A DNA stretch of 64,000 nt from Heptranchias perlo (GCF_035084215.1 NC_090335.1:48050001-48114000); one strand, 5' to 3'. Shown: positions 1-12,940, numbered from the stretch's first letter. Made by a program: numbers and translations. The notes: generated by a model not told the origin, from the letters alone.

Positions 1-719
1 CTCTGACTGTTTGGGGGTCTATAGTACACTCCCAGTAGTGGTGATTTTTCTAACATATCATCCCTCCTCACAGCTGTAATTGTTTCTTTAACCAATATTG
101 CCACCCCCTCTTTTTTTATCCCCCCCTCTATCTTGTCTGAAAACCCTGTAACCAGGAATGTTGAGCTGCCATTCCTGCCCCTCTTTAAGCCATGTTTCAG
201 TAATAGCTAAGATATCAAACTTCCACATGTCTATCTGTGCCCTTAGCTCATCTGCCTTATTCACTATACTCCTTGCATTGAAGTATATACCAATAATCAC
301 GGCCAAACTCTTTTGTTGTCTATTTTCTAACCTTTGTTTCCTCTGCTTTCCAAACTTAATTTTTTCTCTTCCATTTCCAGCTCTGCTCATCTCCCTTCTG
401 AATCTACGCTCAGGTTCCCATCCCCCTGCCAAGCTAGTTAAACCCTCCCCAATAGCACTAGCAAATCTCCCTGAGAGGATATTGGTCCCGGCCCTGTTGA
501 GGTGCAACCCATCTGGCCTGTACAGGTCCCATGTACCCCAGAACTGGTCCCAAGGCACCAGGAATCTAAAGCCCTCCCTCCCGCACCATCTCTCCAGCCA
601 CGCATTCATCTGCTCTATCCTCCTATTTCTATACACACTAGTACATGGCACTGGGAGTAATCCGGAGATTACTACCTTTGAGGTCCTGCTTGTTAATTTC
701 TTTCCTAACTCCTTAAAAT

Positions 720-1104
720 TGTGCTACACTAATGTCACGCTACACGTAACCCCACCAGCGAAAAAAAGTTATCTGTTTTTAATACAATGGGTCATTCTCT
801 GTCTTTCTCTTCCTTTCGGATGTTTCTCTCTATCTCTCGGTCTGTCTTTTGTTCTGGCCGTTTGTGTATTCGGTGGTCCTGTAGGTAACATCTCTCTGTC
901 TGAACACTTTGATTGCCTTGACAACGGGCAGTTGGAAAGATTATCTGTAATCACCAGGTATTGTTCTCTGACTATAAATGCGGTAACCTTCCATGGAATC
1001 CGAATCCCACACTCACCTGACGAAGGAGAAAGCCTCCGAAAGCTTGTGATTTTCAAATAAAACAGTTGGACTATAATCTGGCGTTGTAAGATTCCTTACA
1101 TTAA
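720..1104 (+). mobile_element. Penelope-like pLTR / retrozyme-like insertion with hammerhead ribozyme
   Basis: Splits CR1 ORF1; 10-bp direct repeat TCCTTAAAAT at 710-719 and 1105-1114; TATAAAT 973-979, hammerhead 1013-1049, AATAAA 1056-1061. Confidence 0.75.
1013..1049 (+). ncRNA. Minimal type I hammerhead ribozyme motif
   Basis: Stem I TCAC/GTGA, core CTGACGA, stem II GGAG/CTCC, GAA, palindromic stem III AG/CT, CUU triplet with predicted cut after 1045. Confidence 0.75.
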
Positions 1105-1904
1105 TCCTTAAAATCGGCCTGCAGGACCTCATTCCTCTTTCTACCTATGTCGTTGGTACTGATATGGACCACAACCTCTGGCTGCTCACCCTCCCCCTTC
1201 AGCATGTTCTGCAGCCGCTCAGTGACATCCTTGACCCTGGCACCAGGGAGGCAAAATACCATCCTGGAATCACGTCTGCGGCCGCAGAAACGCCTGTCTG
1301 TTCCCCTAACTATAGAATCCCTTATCACTATTGCTCTCCTGAGCTTTCTCCTCCCCCCGTACAGCCGAGCCACCCAAGGTGCTGTGGACTTGGCTCTGGC
1401 TGCACCCCTTGGAGCAACCATCGCCCTCTAACCAGTATTCAGAACTGAATACTGGTTAGAGAGCGAGGTGCCCTCAGGGGACTCCTGCACTACCTGCCTG
1501 CTCCTCCTTGCTTGTCTGGCGGTCACCCAGTCCCTCTCGACCAGCACGCTCTTAAGCTGTGGGTTAATCACCTTCTGAAATGTGCTATCCACGAAACTCT
1601 CAGCCTCGTGGATGCACTGCAGTGACGCCAGCTGTTGCTCAAGCTCCAAAACCATGAGCTCCTCCAGCTGACGACACTTCCTGCACCTGTGGCCGTCCAG
1701 GACATGGGAAGCATCCTGGAGTTCCCACATGGCACAGGATGTGCACTCGACGAGACGGAGGTGCCCTGCCACGCCTCGATTTATTAGATTAACTAACTTA
1801 CCAGAAATAAACTAACTACTTAGAAAAAACCATTCACCAGCTACTCACCAATCAGCTCCTTCCCTTGTGCTGACATCAGTTTAGGTGTTTTCTTTGTTTT
1901 TGTT

Positions 1905-2199
1905 TTGTATGCCTCTCACCGCTGCCCTCCAATCTCCGCTCTGCGCTCTATGCTCTCTGCTGCTCTCTGCTCTCCACTCTTGCCGCCGTCTTCCGTTCTC
2001 CGCTCTCCGCTCTCGCCGCCACTCTCTACTCTCCGTTCTCTGCTCTCCGCTCTCGCCGCCACTCTCTACTCACCGCTCTCTGCTCTTGCCGCCGCTCTCC
2101 GCTCTCTGCTCTCGCCGCCGCTCTCCGCTCTCTGCTATTGCCGCCGCTCTCTGCTCTCCGCTCTCGCCGCCGCTCTCTACTCTCCGCTCTCTGCTCTCT

Positions 2200-2261
<62 letters not shown>

Positions 2262-4475
2262 TACTCTCGCCGCCGCTCTCTGCTCTCTGCTCTCCGCTCT
2301 CCGCTCTCGCCGCCGCTCTCTACTCGCCGCTCTCTACTCTCCGCTCTCCACTCTCCGCTCTCCACTCTCCGCTCTCCACTCTCCGCTCTCCACTCTCCGC
2401 TCTCCACTCTCCGCTCTCCACTCTCCACTCTCCACTCTCCACTCTCTCCGCCGCTCTCTACTCTCCGCCGCTCTCTGCTCTCCGCTCTCTGCTCTCCGCT
2501 CTCACCGCCGCTCTCTACTCTCCGCTCTCTGCTCTCCGCTCTCCCCGCCACTCTCTACTCGCCGCTCTCCACTCTCCGCTCTCCACTCTCCGCTCTCCAC
2601 TCTCCACTCTCGCCGCCGCTCTCTACTCTCCGCTCTCGCCGCCGCTCTCTACTCGCCGCTCTCTACTCTCCGCTCTCCACTCTCCACTCTCCACTCTCCA
2701 CTCTCTCCGCCGCTCTCTACTCTCCGCTCTCTCCGCCGCTCTCTGCTCTCCGCTCTCTGCTCTCCGCTCTCACCGCCGCTCTCTACTCTCCGCTCTCTCC
2801 GCCGCTCTCTGCTCTCCGCTCTCTGCTCTCCGCTCTCACCGCCGCTCTCTGCTCTCCGCTCTCTGCTCTCCGCTCTCACCGCCGCTCTCTACTCGCCGCT
2901 CTCTACTCTCCGCTCTCCACTCTCCGCTCTCCACTCTCCGCTCTCCACTCTCCGCTCTCCACTCTCCACTCTCCACTCTCTCCGCCGCTCTCTACTCTCC
3001 GCTCTCTCCGCCGCTCTCTGCTCTCCGCTCTCTGCTCTCCGCTCTCACCGCCGCTCTCTACTCTCCGCTCTCTGCTCTCCGCTCTCCCCGCCACTCTCTA
3101 CTCTCCGCTCTCTACTCTCCGCTCTCTCCGCCGCTCTCTACTCTCCGTTCTCTGCTCTCCGCTCTCTACTCTCCGCTCTCTACTCTCCGCTCTCTCCGCC
3201 GCTCTCTACTCTCCGCTCTCTACTCTCCGCTCTCTACTCTCCGCTCTCTACTCTCGCCGCCGCTCTCTGCTCGCCGCTCTCTGCTCGCCGCTCTCCGCTC
3301 TCTACTCTCTACTCTCGCCGCCGCTCTCTACTCTCCGCTCTCTCCGCCACTCTCTGCTCTCCGCTCTCTGCTCTCCGCTCTCACCGCCGCTCTCTACTCT
3401 CCGCTCTCTGCTCCGCTCTCTGCTCTCCGCTCTCTGCTCTCCGCTCTCTGCTCTCCGCTCTCTACTCTCCGCTCTCTACTCTCCGCTCTCTACTCTCCGC
3501 TCTCTACTCTCCGCTCTCGCCTCTCCGCTCTCGCCTCTCCGCTCTCGCCTCTCCGCTCTCGCCTCTCCGCTCTCTGCTCTCCGCTCTCCGCTCTCTACTC
3601 TCCGCTCTCTACTCTCCGCTCTCCGCTCTCGCCGCCGCTCTCTGCTCTCGCCGCCGCTCTCCGCTCTCTGCTATTGCCGCCGCTCTCTGCTCTCCGCTCT
3701 CGGCTCTCTGCTCTCGCCGCCGCTCTCTGCTCTCCGCTCTCTGCTCTCCGCTATTGCCGCCGCTCTCTGCTCTCCGCTCTCGCCGCCGCTCTCTGCTCTC
3801 CGCTCTCTGCTCTCCGCTCTCTGCTCTCCCCGCCGCTCTCTGCTCTCCGCTCTCGCCGCCGCTCTCTGCTCTCCGCTCTCTGCTCTCCGCTCTCTGCTCT
3901 CCGCTCTCTGCTCTCCGCTCTCTGCTCTCCCCGCCGCTCTCTACTCTCCGCTCTCGCCGCCGCTCTCTGCTCTCTGCTATTGCCGCCGCTCTCTGCTCTC
4001 CGCTCTCTGCTCTCCGCTCTCCCCGCCGCTCTCTACTCTCCGCTCTCTGCTCTCGCTGCCGCTCTCTGCTATTGCCGCCGCTCTCTGCTCTCCGCTCTCT
4101 GCTCTCCCCGCCGCTCTCTACTCTCCGCTCTCTGCTCTCGCCGCCGCTCTCTGCTCTCCGCTCTCTGCTCTCCGCTATTGCCGCCGCTCTCTGCTCTCCG
4201 CTCTCTGCTCTCCCCGCCACTCTCTACTCTCCGCTCTCTGCTCTCGCCACCACTCTCTACTCTCCGCTCTCTGCTCTCTGCTCTCGCCGCCACTCTCTAC
4301 TCTCCGCTCTCGCCGCCACTCTCTACTCTCCGTTCTCTGGTCTTCGCTCTCGGCGCCACTCTCTACTCTCCGCGACTCTACTCTCCGCTCTCTGCTCTCA
4401 CCGCTCTCTGCTTTCGCCGCCGCTCTCTGCTCTCGCTGCCACTCTCTGCTCTCCGCTCTCTGCTCTCGCCTCTCT
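1905..4475. repeat. ~2.6-kb pyrimidine-rich compound tandem array (CTCTCCG/CTCTCTG/CTCTCTA/CTCTCCA/CTCTCGCCGCCG units)
   Basis: Directly visible; + strand almost purine-free apart from single G/A spacers. Confidence 0.97.
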
Positions 4476-4623
4476 TCATTGCCTGACAGATCATCTGTTA
4501 CATCATTTCACCAATGCCCCTCTGTTGTCTTTCCCCCCTCCATCTGCCCTGCTTTCTGATTCTTTTAAAATGCTTGTGCATCTTTCATTTTTCAGTTCTG
4601 AAGAAAGGCCTGGCCTGAAATAA

Positions 4624-5068
4624 TGAACTTGCATTTATGTAGCGCTTTTCATTACCGCAAGACATCCCAAAGCACTACACAGCTAACAAAGTACTTTTTT
4701 AAATATAGGCACTGTTGTAATTTAGGGAAACACAGCAGCTAATTTCCACACAGTAAGATCCCACAAACAGAAATGAGATAATGACCTAATAATCTGTTTT
4801 AGTGATGTTGATTGATGGGTAAATATTGGTCAGAGCTTCCCTGCTCTTCTTCAAATAGTGCTGTGGAGTCTTTTACATCCACTTGAGAGTAGACAAAGCC
4901 TTGATTTACCATCTCATCTGAAAGATGGCACCTCCGACAGCGCAGCACTCCCTCAATACTGCATTGAAGTGGCAGCCTGATGTTATGTGCTCAAGTTTCT
5001 GGAGTGGGGTTTGAATTCATGACCTTCTGGCTCAGAGATGAGAGTGCTACCACTGAGCCAAGACTGAC
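4624..5068 (-). mobile_element. tRNA-derived Deu-domain SINE (SacSINE1/DeuSINE-like)
   Basis: Minus strand has an A box (TGGCTCAGTGG), a B-box-like ATTCAAACC, then Deu-like GAGGGAGTGCTGCGCTGTCGGAGGTGCCATCTTTCAGATGAGA; inserted into a Penelope-type fragment (about 4590-4620 and 5077-5190). Confidence 0.75.
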
Positions 5069-5199
5069 ACCTAATCAAATGTTGACTTGTCTGCTCTCTC
5101 CACAGATGTTGATTGACTTGCTACGCATTTCCAGCACTTTCTGCTTTTGTTCCAGATTTCCAACATTTGCGGTGTTTTGCTTTTATGCAAACTTGACGG

Positions 5200-5620
5200 G
5201 TCCAATTGACTTTTGCGAACACGCACGAAGGACATTACTTGGACGGAGTGGGCTCCACGACACTGGTCCTCCAAACCTGCACTGGCAGCAACGCCCAGCC
5301 GCCGCGGCTTGAAACTTGGAGGAACCTCTCTGCTCAGGGCAAATGCTTGAGCATTAGTTAATCCCGCTTCTCTGCTTCCGATTGGTGTATTGACCTGGGC
5401 GTGCAAGCTGCCGGTTGGTCTGCCTGGTTGTCAATCACAAGAGAAGTTTGAGTGTGGATCAAAGTGACGAGTTTGGGCGAAAGGTTTGGGAGTTTTTTAT
5501 GTGGAAACTTCTCGGATTTGGAAACCGAAATTTAGACTAACAGTGTTCGGTGTTGCATAACTTTAGGATAGTTCGACTTTATATCATGAGAATTTAAACA
5601 ATATTCAGTGGGTAAAACCT
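5200..5620 (+). promoter_or_regulatory. Probable TRIM45 promoter / CpG-enriched 5' region
   Basis: Non-repetitive CpG-enriched stretch 0.6-1 kb upstream of the ATG, CCAAT-type motifs (ATTGG 5381-5385), ISRE-like GAAACCGAAA 5521-5530. TSS not determinable. Confidence 0.5.
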
Positions 5621-6196
5621 GAAGAAAAAAAGTTACGGGAAGTTGTCGGGTTTGATGGTTGTGGTTGAGTGAAATGTGTTAGGACTAGAGACCAGGGAAA
5701 GTTTGATCATATCTCGTATTAGGAGAAATGCTGTATGGTGGCCTACATTATAAAATCAGACAGTGCCTGTGAATTTAAAGATTAATTACAAAGTAATTGG
5801 AAACTTAACACTTTTTGATCATTTGACAATAACTACCTGCACCAGAATTTACAAATAAAAGCGAATTAACATTCTGTGGCTGAACACATTTCTTGAATTC
5901 TTAATAACCTTCATTAGCAATTCGAATTGGATGTTGTATTCGAAAACAGGCGAGGAGTTTTAAAGTATGAAAGAAATATTTTAGTGCCAGTAGAGCAATG
6001 GGCAGCATTGGACTAAACCAAATGAAGAACTAAAGTATTTAAGGATTCAGATTTAAGATCTTACTTAACTATTGATATCAATCAATTAGAATGCTTGAGG
6101 AATTTCTTTTGGATGTTGAGATTTTTTTCTGTACCTGGGGTTTAGGAAATTGAATTAAATTTAGGTTTTTGTACATTTTTGTGTAAATTTCCAAAA

Positions 6197-6675
6197 ATGT
6201 CAGAGAGTCAGGAAAAGTTGGAAAATAATTCTGCTAGGACTTGTGCACCATCCTTGACAAGTTCAGAATCTCCAAGGAGCTGCAGGACAAAGTGTTTAGT
6301 TTGTAAAAACTTTTACACCGATCCGAAGATCTTGCCTTGCCTGCATACATTCTGCCTAGGCTGTGTGAGCAGCTTGGAGCAGTTCTCTGTTCCTAGGATT
6401 CAGAGGGAGGTTGAGTCTGGATCTGGGGGATCATTAGACTCCTCTGAGCCTGGGACCTGTATCCTGTGTCCGGTCTGTGACTGTGAGGTGGATGTATCCC
6501 CTGCTGCAGTGCGAGGACTGACCAGTAATCATCTGATTCTGAATGAGGTTTTACTGGAGAGTCTGAAGAGACCCGACTACAGGTTAGTCTGTGATCTTTG
6601 TAACGATGGCGCTGCTGAAAGAAGGTGTGACATCTGCTCAGCAAATCTCTGTGACTTCTGCTCCAAAGCACACAG
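6197..6675 (+). CDS. TRIM45: TRIM45 coding exon 1 (RING, B-box 1)
   Basis: ATG 6197; CLVC...PCLHTFCLGC...CPVC RING and CDLC...CDIC...CDFC...H B-box; donor AG|GTAAG, phase 2. Confidence 0.95.
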
Positions 6676-7005
6676 GTAAGACTCTGTTGGACTGGTCATT
6701 GGATTTTATTGGCTCCCCTTTTATGCATTTTCAAAGCTTTGTTTATTGTGCACAGAGCAATGATTCTAGTGAAATATACCATTGTAGGAAAGATATCTCA
6801 TTTATTACAATAGATGTCACTTCATTATACAATTCTCTGTCCTGATGTAATGTAATTAAATAAGGGTAAGATTAATAAGTAAGCTACACTTTTCAAACAG
6901 ATATGAGGCACAGCCACTTTACAATGAAAATAATCTTGTTAAAACTGAACATAACCATGCGTGGTCATTTATTTTTAAGCTGTAAAACTATAATCCTTCC
7001 TGCAG

Positions 7006-7742
7006 GAGGCAGAGGATGACTGCTTCTCACAACACAGTGGCTCTGAAGGACCTACAAGGTGGAAATGAGAGAATCGTTAAGCCCATCATATGCTCTGTTC
7101 ATCCTGCAGAGGAACTGAGGCTATTTTGTGAGACATGTGATTGTCTGGTCTGTAGGGATTGTTGTATGGTGGATCATCGTGACCATAACTATGACTTTAT
7201 TGCTAGTGTCATTAACAAACATGGCAGTTTCATCAGGGAACTTCTGAAGCAAACACAGCCACACATCGGTGCATTGCAGGAGACTTTGCAAAAGATTGGC
7301 AATGCCAAGCAGCTAGTACAAGAGCGGATGGAAGTGATAACTGAAGAAATTAATAGTTTTACAGAGGATTATATCAGGGCTTTAGAGAAACATCGGGACA
7401 GACTTTTGAAAGAGCTGGAAGAGCTGAGAGTCCAGAAGGAGAACTCCCTGTATCTGCAGCAGATCCAGGTGGAACAGATCCTAGCAGATATGAAGACTGG
7501 AGTGGATTTCACAGAGCACTTGCTAACCAGTGGCTCTCATGTGGAAATCTTACTAACCAAATGTGTGGTGGTCAACCGGTTGAAACAGCTGAATAAGATT
7601 AGTTACAGCACTCACCCCGGAGAGGATGATGGGATACGGTTCCAGCCACAGGAGAGAGCAGGACAATGCGATGGGTTTGAGGTGTTCGGAATCATTGTCA
7701 CAAAGACAGTTGATCCCACCAAGTGTGTCCTTCAGGGGGAAG
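7006..7742 (+). CDS. TRIM45: TRIM45 coding exon 2 (B-box 2, coiled coil, start of filamin repeat)
   Basis: Acceptor tcctgcag|; CSVH...LFCETCDCLVCRDC...H..H; ends VDPTKCVLQGE; donor G|GTAAG, phase 1. Confidence 0.95.
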
Positions 7743-8474
7743 GTAAGAGAGAAAGACAAACATAACTTTTCAAGTGTTGAATTTCTTTAAAGTTTTTGAA
7801 TTAATAGTGCATCCCCTGTGAATTTGGTTGTGCTGTGAGGATTGGAGGCCTTAGTGCAAGTGGCAGAGTGGGATTGAGGCAGGGTGGAAAGGGAGTGCCA
7901 AGAATGTGGTGAGGGCCATCAATTGGGAGGTCCAGCAAACTAGCAGTGGGGAAGCCTGTAATTGAGAACAGCAGGCAATGCTGGTGGTCACAAGGTGGTA
8001 ACATGCTAGAGGCGTTATGAAAGTAAGTTATGACCACCTCTATTTTCCATGTTTGGTGGTTATCTGTGCAATGTCAAGCAACAAACTGTAATGACAGGAG
8101 GGAAAAGGAGTATCATGTTTTTAGAAACGGCAAATCAACACGAGGTTCACTCAGAAAATCTGGAAATGAGCCAACGTTGAACCAATCAGAAAGCTCATGC
8201 CTTAGGCTTCAGACACAACAATTTATTTCAATAGATAAATATGTAGGATCTGAGGGCCTGACTGAAATCTTGTGTGGCAGCCACTTTGCTGTTTATAGAG
8301 TATCGTGCATATTTTATAGTTGAGTTTATGTAAAGTCATGAGACAATAGGAGGCATAATGAGAGAAAAATAGATATATGAAACACAGAGTATATGAATAG
8401 TCAAAGGGGTAGGGGTTAGGCAGGTGGAAAGGGAAACATGAAAAACTGGCAAAGTGGAGCAGGCTCCAGTAGCA

Positions 8475-8652
8475 CAGGAAAAAAATACTACAGATGCTGG
8501 AAATCTGAATTTAAAAACCTAAAATGCTGGAAACACTCAGCAGGTCAAGCGGCATCAGTGGAGAGAGGAAGGTAGGGTTCACGTTTCAGGTCGATGACCT
8601 ATCATCAGAACCAGGTTCTGCTGAGTGTTTCCAGCCTTTTCTGTTTTTATTC
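8475..8652 (-). mobile_element. Penelope-type pLTR fragment with hammerhead motif (8576-8612, minus)
   Basis: Minus: GGTT CTGATGA T AGGTC ATC GACCT GAA AC GT G AACC; same repeat family as 16792-17025 and 5077-5190. Confidence 0.65.
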
Positions 8653-9399
8653 CATTGGCACAGGAGCCTGGTGCAAAAACAAGTCAACACCAAGGTGTTG
8701 ATCATTCTTTGTGTGTAAATAAACTTCCCCTGATATCTGTCTTAAATTTATCTTTTGCCAGCTTGAACCTGTGTCCCCTTGTCCTACTCACATTAATTTA
8801 AAGTAATATTACAGATATACCTTTTCCATTCCTTTAACTATCTCTGCAAGATTGCCTCCCAGACACCTGCTTTCCAAGATGAAAAGCCAAGGTTTCTCCC
8901 TCATAATTCCTCATAATTCAGACCCTGATGCTACAGATCAGCCTTATGGCTCTGCTGAAGCTTACAGAAAGCGGACTTTCTCTGCACTGCTTGAATGTTT
9001 CTCTTGTAACTAAAACTGAACAAAGTAATTGAGGTGCGGCCTGACCAAAGTACTGTATAGCTTCAGAATGCCGTCCTCTGACTTTGTACTGACTTAGCAA
9101 TGTAGTTCAGCAGTTTATTTAGCTTGTTGATTGTTCCAGAATGACTGGACATGTTGAGTCTACTATCTTTGACTGTTCAACACCATTCGTAGGGTAGATG
9201 AATTACCACGTTTTATCTGCAATCAACAGTACCGAACATTTGCCCATAACAAATTTCATCTGTCACTATTTGCCCATCTAGCCCATTTTTGTAGAGTGCC
9301 TCAGCAGACCTTCAGTGTCTCTTTTCCATTCTTCAGCTCCACATGACTGCCCCACATGGTTCCATTCTTACTTTTGTGAATATAGTCAGAGCTTCTCCA

Positions 9400-11450
9400 G
9401 CAATATGTTCTCTTCCTCACCCCTCACCATCATCTCTGGAGTTCTTCAAGAATCTATCCTTAGTCCTTCTCTTCCTCTTCCTGTGTAGCAATATGCCAAT
9501 AAGGAAGTCAGCTTCTATATGTACAACAATAATACTCAACTGTATTTCTCAACCACTTCTATTGACCCTTAACTGCCTCTGTGTTGTCAGACTGCCTGTC
9601 TGACATCCAGTCTTGAATGAGTCATAGCTTCCCCAATTTAATGTTGGAAAGACTGGAGTCTTCTTTAGCTGTCGTCTTTCGCCCTTACCAAAAATGTTCG
9701 TTTGATATTGATTCCATACCCCTCCCTGGCCACTGTCTTGGGTTAATCCAAACTAATTATAACTTTGGCATCCTGTTTCATAGATTATGGAACAGTTCTT
9801 GCAGATTGGAGGGTGGCAAATGTAACCCCACTATTTAAAAAAGGAGGGAGAAAGAAAACAGGGAACTACAGACCGGTTAGCCTAACATCAGTAGTAGAGA
9901 AAATGCTAGAGTATATTATTAAGGATGTGATAACAGGACACTTAGAAAATATCAACGGGATTAGACAAAGTCAACATGGATTTATGAAAGGGAAATCATG
10001 TATGACAAATCTACTGGAGTTTTTTGAGGATGTAACTGGTAGAATAGATCAGGGAGAACCAGTGGATGTGGTTTATTTGGATTTTCAGAAGGCCTTTGAT
10101 AAAATCCCATATAAGAGGTTAGTGTGCAAAATTAAAGCACATGGGATTGGTGGTAATATACTGGCATGGATTGAAAATTGGTTAACAAACAGGGAACAGA
10201 GAGTAGGAATAAATGGGTCTTTTTTGGGGTGGCAGGCAGTGACTAGTGGGGTACCGCAGGGATCAGTGCTTGGGCCCCAGCTATTCACAATATATATCAA
10301 TGATTTGGATGAGGGAACCAAATGTAATATTTCTATGTTTGCTGACGATACAAAACTAGGTGGGATCGTGAGTCATGAGGAGGATGCAAAGATGCTTCAA
10401 GGCGATTTAGACAAGTTGAGTGAGTGGGCAAATACATGGCAGATGCAGTATAATGTGGATAAATGTGAAGTTATCCACTTTGGAAGGAAAAACAGAAAGG
10501 CAGAGTATTATTTAAATGGTGATAGATTGGGAAATGTTGATGTACAAAGGGAACCTGGGTGTCCTTGTACACCGGTCACTGAAAGCAAACATGCAGGTGC
10601 AGCAAGAAGTTAGGAAGGCAAATGGTACGTTGGCCTTCATTGCAAGAGGATTTGAGTACAGGAGCAAGGACGTCTTACTGCAGTTATACGGGGCCTTGGT
10701 GAGACCACACCTGGAGTATTGTGTGCAGTTTTGGTCTCCTTACCTAAGAAAGGATATAGTCGCCATAGAAGGAGTGCAGCGAAGGTTCGCCAGACTGATT
10801 CCTGGGATGGCAAGGACTGTCTTATGAGGAGAGATTGGGTCGACTCGGCCTGTATTCACTTGAGTTTAGAAGAACGAGAGGGGATCTCATTGAAACATAT
10901 AACATTCTGACAGGGCTCGACAGACTGGATGCAGGGAGGATGTTTCCCCTGGCTTGGGGGTCCAGAACAAGGGGTCACAGTCTCAGGATACGGGGTAGGA
11001 CATTTAGGACTGAGATGAGGAGAAATTTCTTCACTCAGAGGGTGGTGAACCTGTGGAATTCTCTACCACAGAAGGCTGTGGAGGCCAAGTCACTGAATAT
11101 ATTTAAGAAGGAGCTAGATAGATTTCTGGACACAAAAGGCATCGAGGGGTATGGGGAGAGAGCAGGAATGTGGTATTGAGATAGAGGATCAGCCATGATC
11201 ATATTGAAGGGCCGAATGGCCTACTCCTGCACCTATTTTCTATGTCTCTATGTAACCGAGCTGAATTTCTGACCCTATTTCCTCTGCATCACGAAGACTG
11301 CCTACTTCCACCTCTTATGACATTGATGATCTCCATCCTACCTCAGTCCCTGTAGTCTTCGCACAAATATATGTTACCTCCATACTCAACTACTCCAGTG
11401 GTCTTGATGGCATTGCGTCCTGCATTCTCCATAACTCCAATTTTTCTGTT
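9400..11450 (+). mobile_element. Old L2-like LINE fragment (about 9400-9780, 11254-11450) split by a CR1
   Basis: Degenerate RT-like segments similar to 39850-40440 flank the CR1 on both sides. Confidence 0.5.
9781..11253 (+). mobile_element. 5'-truncated CR1 LINE (RT + 3'UTR) in TRIM45 intron 2
   Basis: [40 protein letters not shown]; frameshifts; (TCTATG)-type tail. Confidence 0.95.
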
Positions 11451-11619
11451 CTCAGTGTATTGTCCAAAAGAAGGTATTTAGTTTGGGTGCAGAATTAGAG
11501 TTGGGGCTTACCCTGAATTAATTTATGTAAAGCTGGTAAATTATTAGCTTAATGCACGTACTAATTTTTTTCTTATAGCTAAATCAACAAAAATTTATAT
11601 GGTTCAGATACAAATTTTC

Positions 11620-12940
11620 AACATTACAACTCTAGATAGATAAAGAGGAGGTACTTAAAAGATTGTCAGTACTCAAAGTAGAAAAGTCACGTGGTCTAGA
11701 TGGGATGTATCCTAGGTTACTGAGGGAAGTAAGGGTGGAAATTGCGGAGGCTCTGCCACAATCTACCAATGCTCCTTAGATATGGGGACGGTGCCAGAGA
11801 ACTGGAGGATTGCAACTGTTACACCTCTGTTCAAAAAAGAAGAGAGGGATAAACCTGGCAATTACAGGCCAGTCAGCCTAACGTCGGTGGTGGGGAAACT
11901 TTTAGAGACAATAATCCGGGACAAAATTAATTGACACTTGGAAAAGTATGGGCTAATAAATAAAAGTCAACATAGATTTGTTAAATGGAAAATCGGGTTT
12001 GACTAACTTGATTGAGTTCTTTGATGAAGTAACGGAGAGGGTTGATGAGGATGGTGCAGTTGACGTTGTGTATATGGACTTTCAAAAGGCATTTGATAAA
12101 GTACCACATAATAGATTTGTTAGAAAAATTAAAGCCCATGGGATTAAAGGGACAGTGGCAGAGTGGATACAAAATTGGCTAAGGGACAGAAAGCAGAGAA
12201 TAATGGTGAACAGTTGTTTTTCATACTGGAGGGAAGTATACAGTGGTGTTCCCAGGGGTCAGTATTAGGACCACTGCTCTTTTTGAGATTATATATATAT
12301 ATATCTCCTAAAATAGCATATGGGATCCTGGACTTTATTAATAGAGGCATAGAGTATAAAAGCAAGGAAGTTCTGCTAAACCTTTATAAAACACTGGTTA
12401 GGCCTCAGCTGGAGTATTGTGTTCAATTCTGGGCACCACACTTTAGGAAGGATGTCAAGGCCGTAGAGAGGGTGCGGAAGAGATTTACTAGAATGTTACC
12501 AGGGATGAGGGACTTCAGTTATGTGGAGAAACTGGGGTTGTTCTCCTTTGAACAGAGAAGGTTAAGGGGAGATTTGATAGCGGTGTTCAAAATCATAACA
12601 GTTTTGATAGAGTAAATAAGGAGAAACTGCTTCCTGTGGCAGAAGGGTCACCAGAGGACACAGGTTTAAGGTGATCGGCAAAACAGCAAGAGGCAACATG
12701 GGGAAACATTTTTTTACGCAGCAAGTTGTAATGATCTGGAACATGCTGCCTGAAAGGGTGGTAAATGCAGATTCAATAGTAACTTTAAAAAGGGAATCGG
12801 ATAAATACTTGAAGGGAAAAAATTTACAGGACTATGGGGAAAGAGAAGGGGAATGGGACTAATTGGATAGCTCTTTCAAAGAGCTGGCACAGGCAGGATG
12901 TGCCAAAAGGACTTCTCTTGTGCTGTACCTACTATGATAA
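11620..12940 (+). mobile_element. Degenerate CR1 LINE 3' part with internal deletion
   Basis: RT fragments (DFQKAFDKVPH, RPQLEYCVQFW); the FADD segment is missing at the (TA)n run near 12290. Confidence 0.9.

Larger units (their letters stand above)
1..1900 (-). mobile_element. Degenerate CR1 LINE 5' part (5'UTR, ORF1, start of ORF2), interrupted at 720-1104
   Basis: Minus ORFs 1428-1772 (CxxC zinc finger/zipper), 1101-1421 (IRDSIVRG, STND) and 88-651 (DGLHL, then YFNARS, ITETWL of the AP endonuclease) are colinear with the intact element at 24111-28006; several frameshifts. Confidence 0.92.

Noticed and set aside
88-651. Apparent natural ORF1-ORF2 fusion ORF
   Set aside because: Produced by indels in a decayed copy; not evidence of an encoded fusion.
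158-1060. 300-aa hydrophobic ORF and other antisense LINE ORFs
   Set aside because: Antisense shadows of repeats.
1885-4623. Three 780-910 aa ORFs in all + frames (and ESGE/ESRERR ORFs on -)
   Set aside because: The simple repeat cannot form stop codons on +; no domain or splice support.
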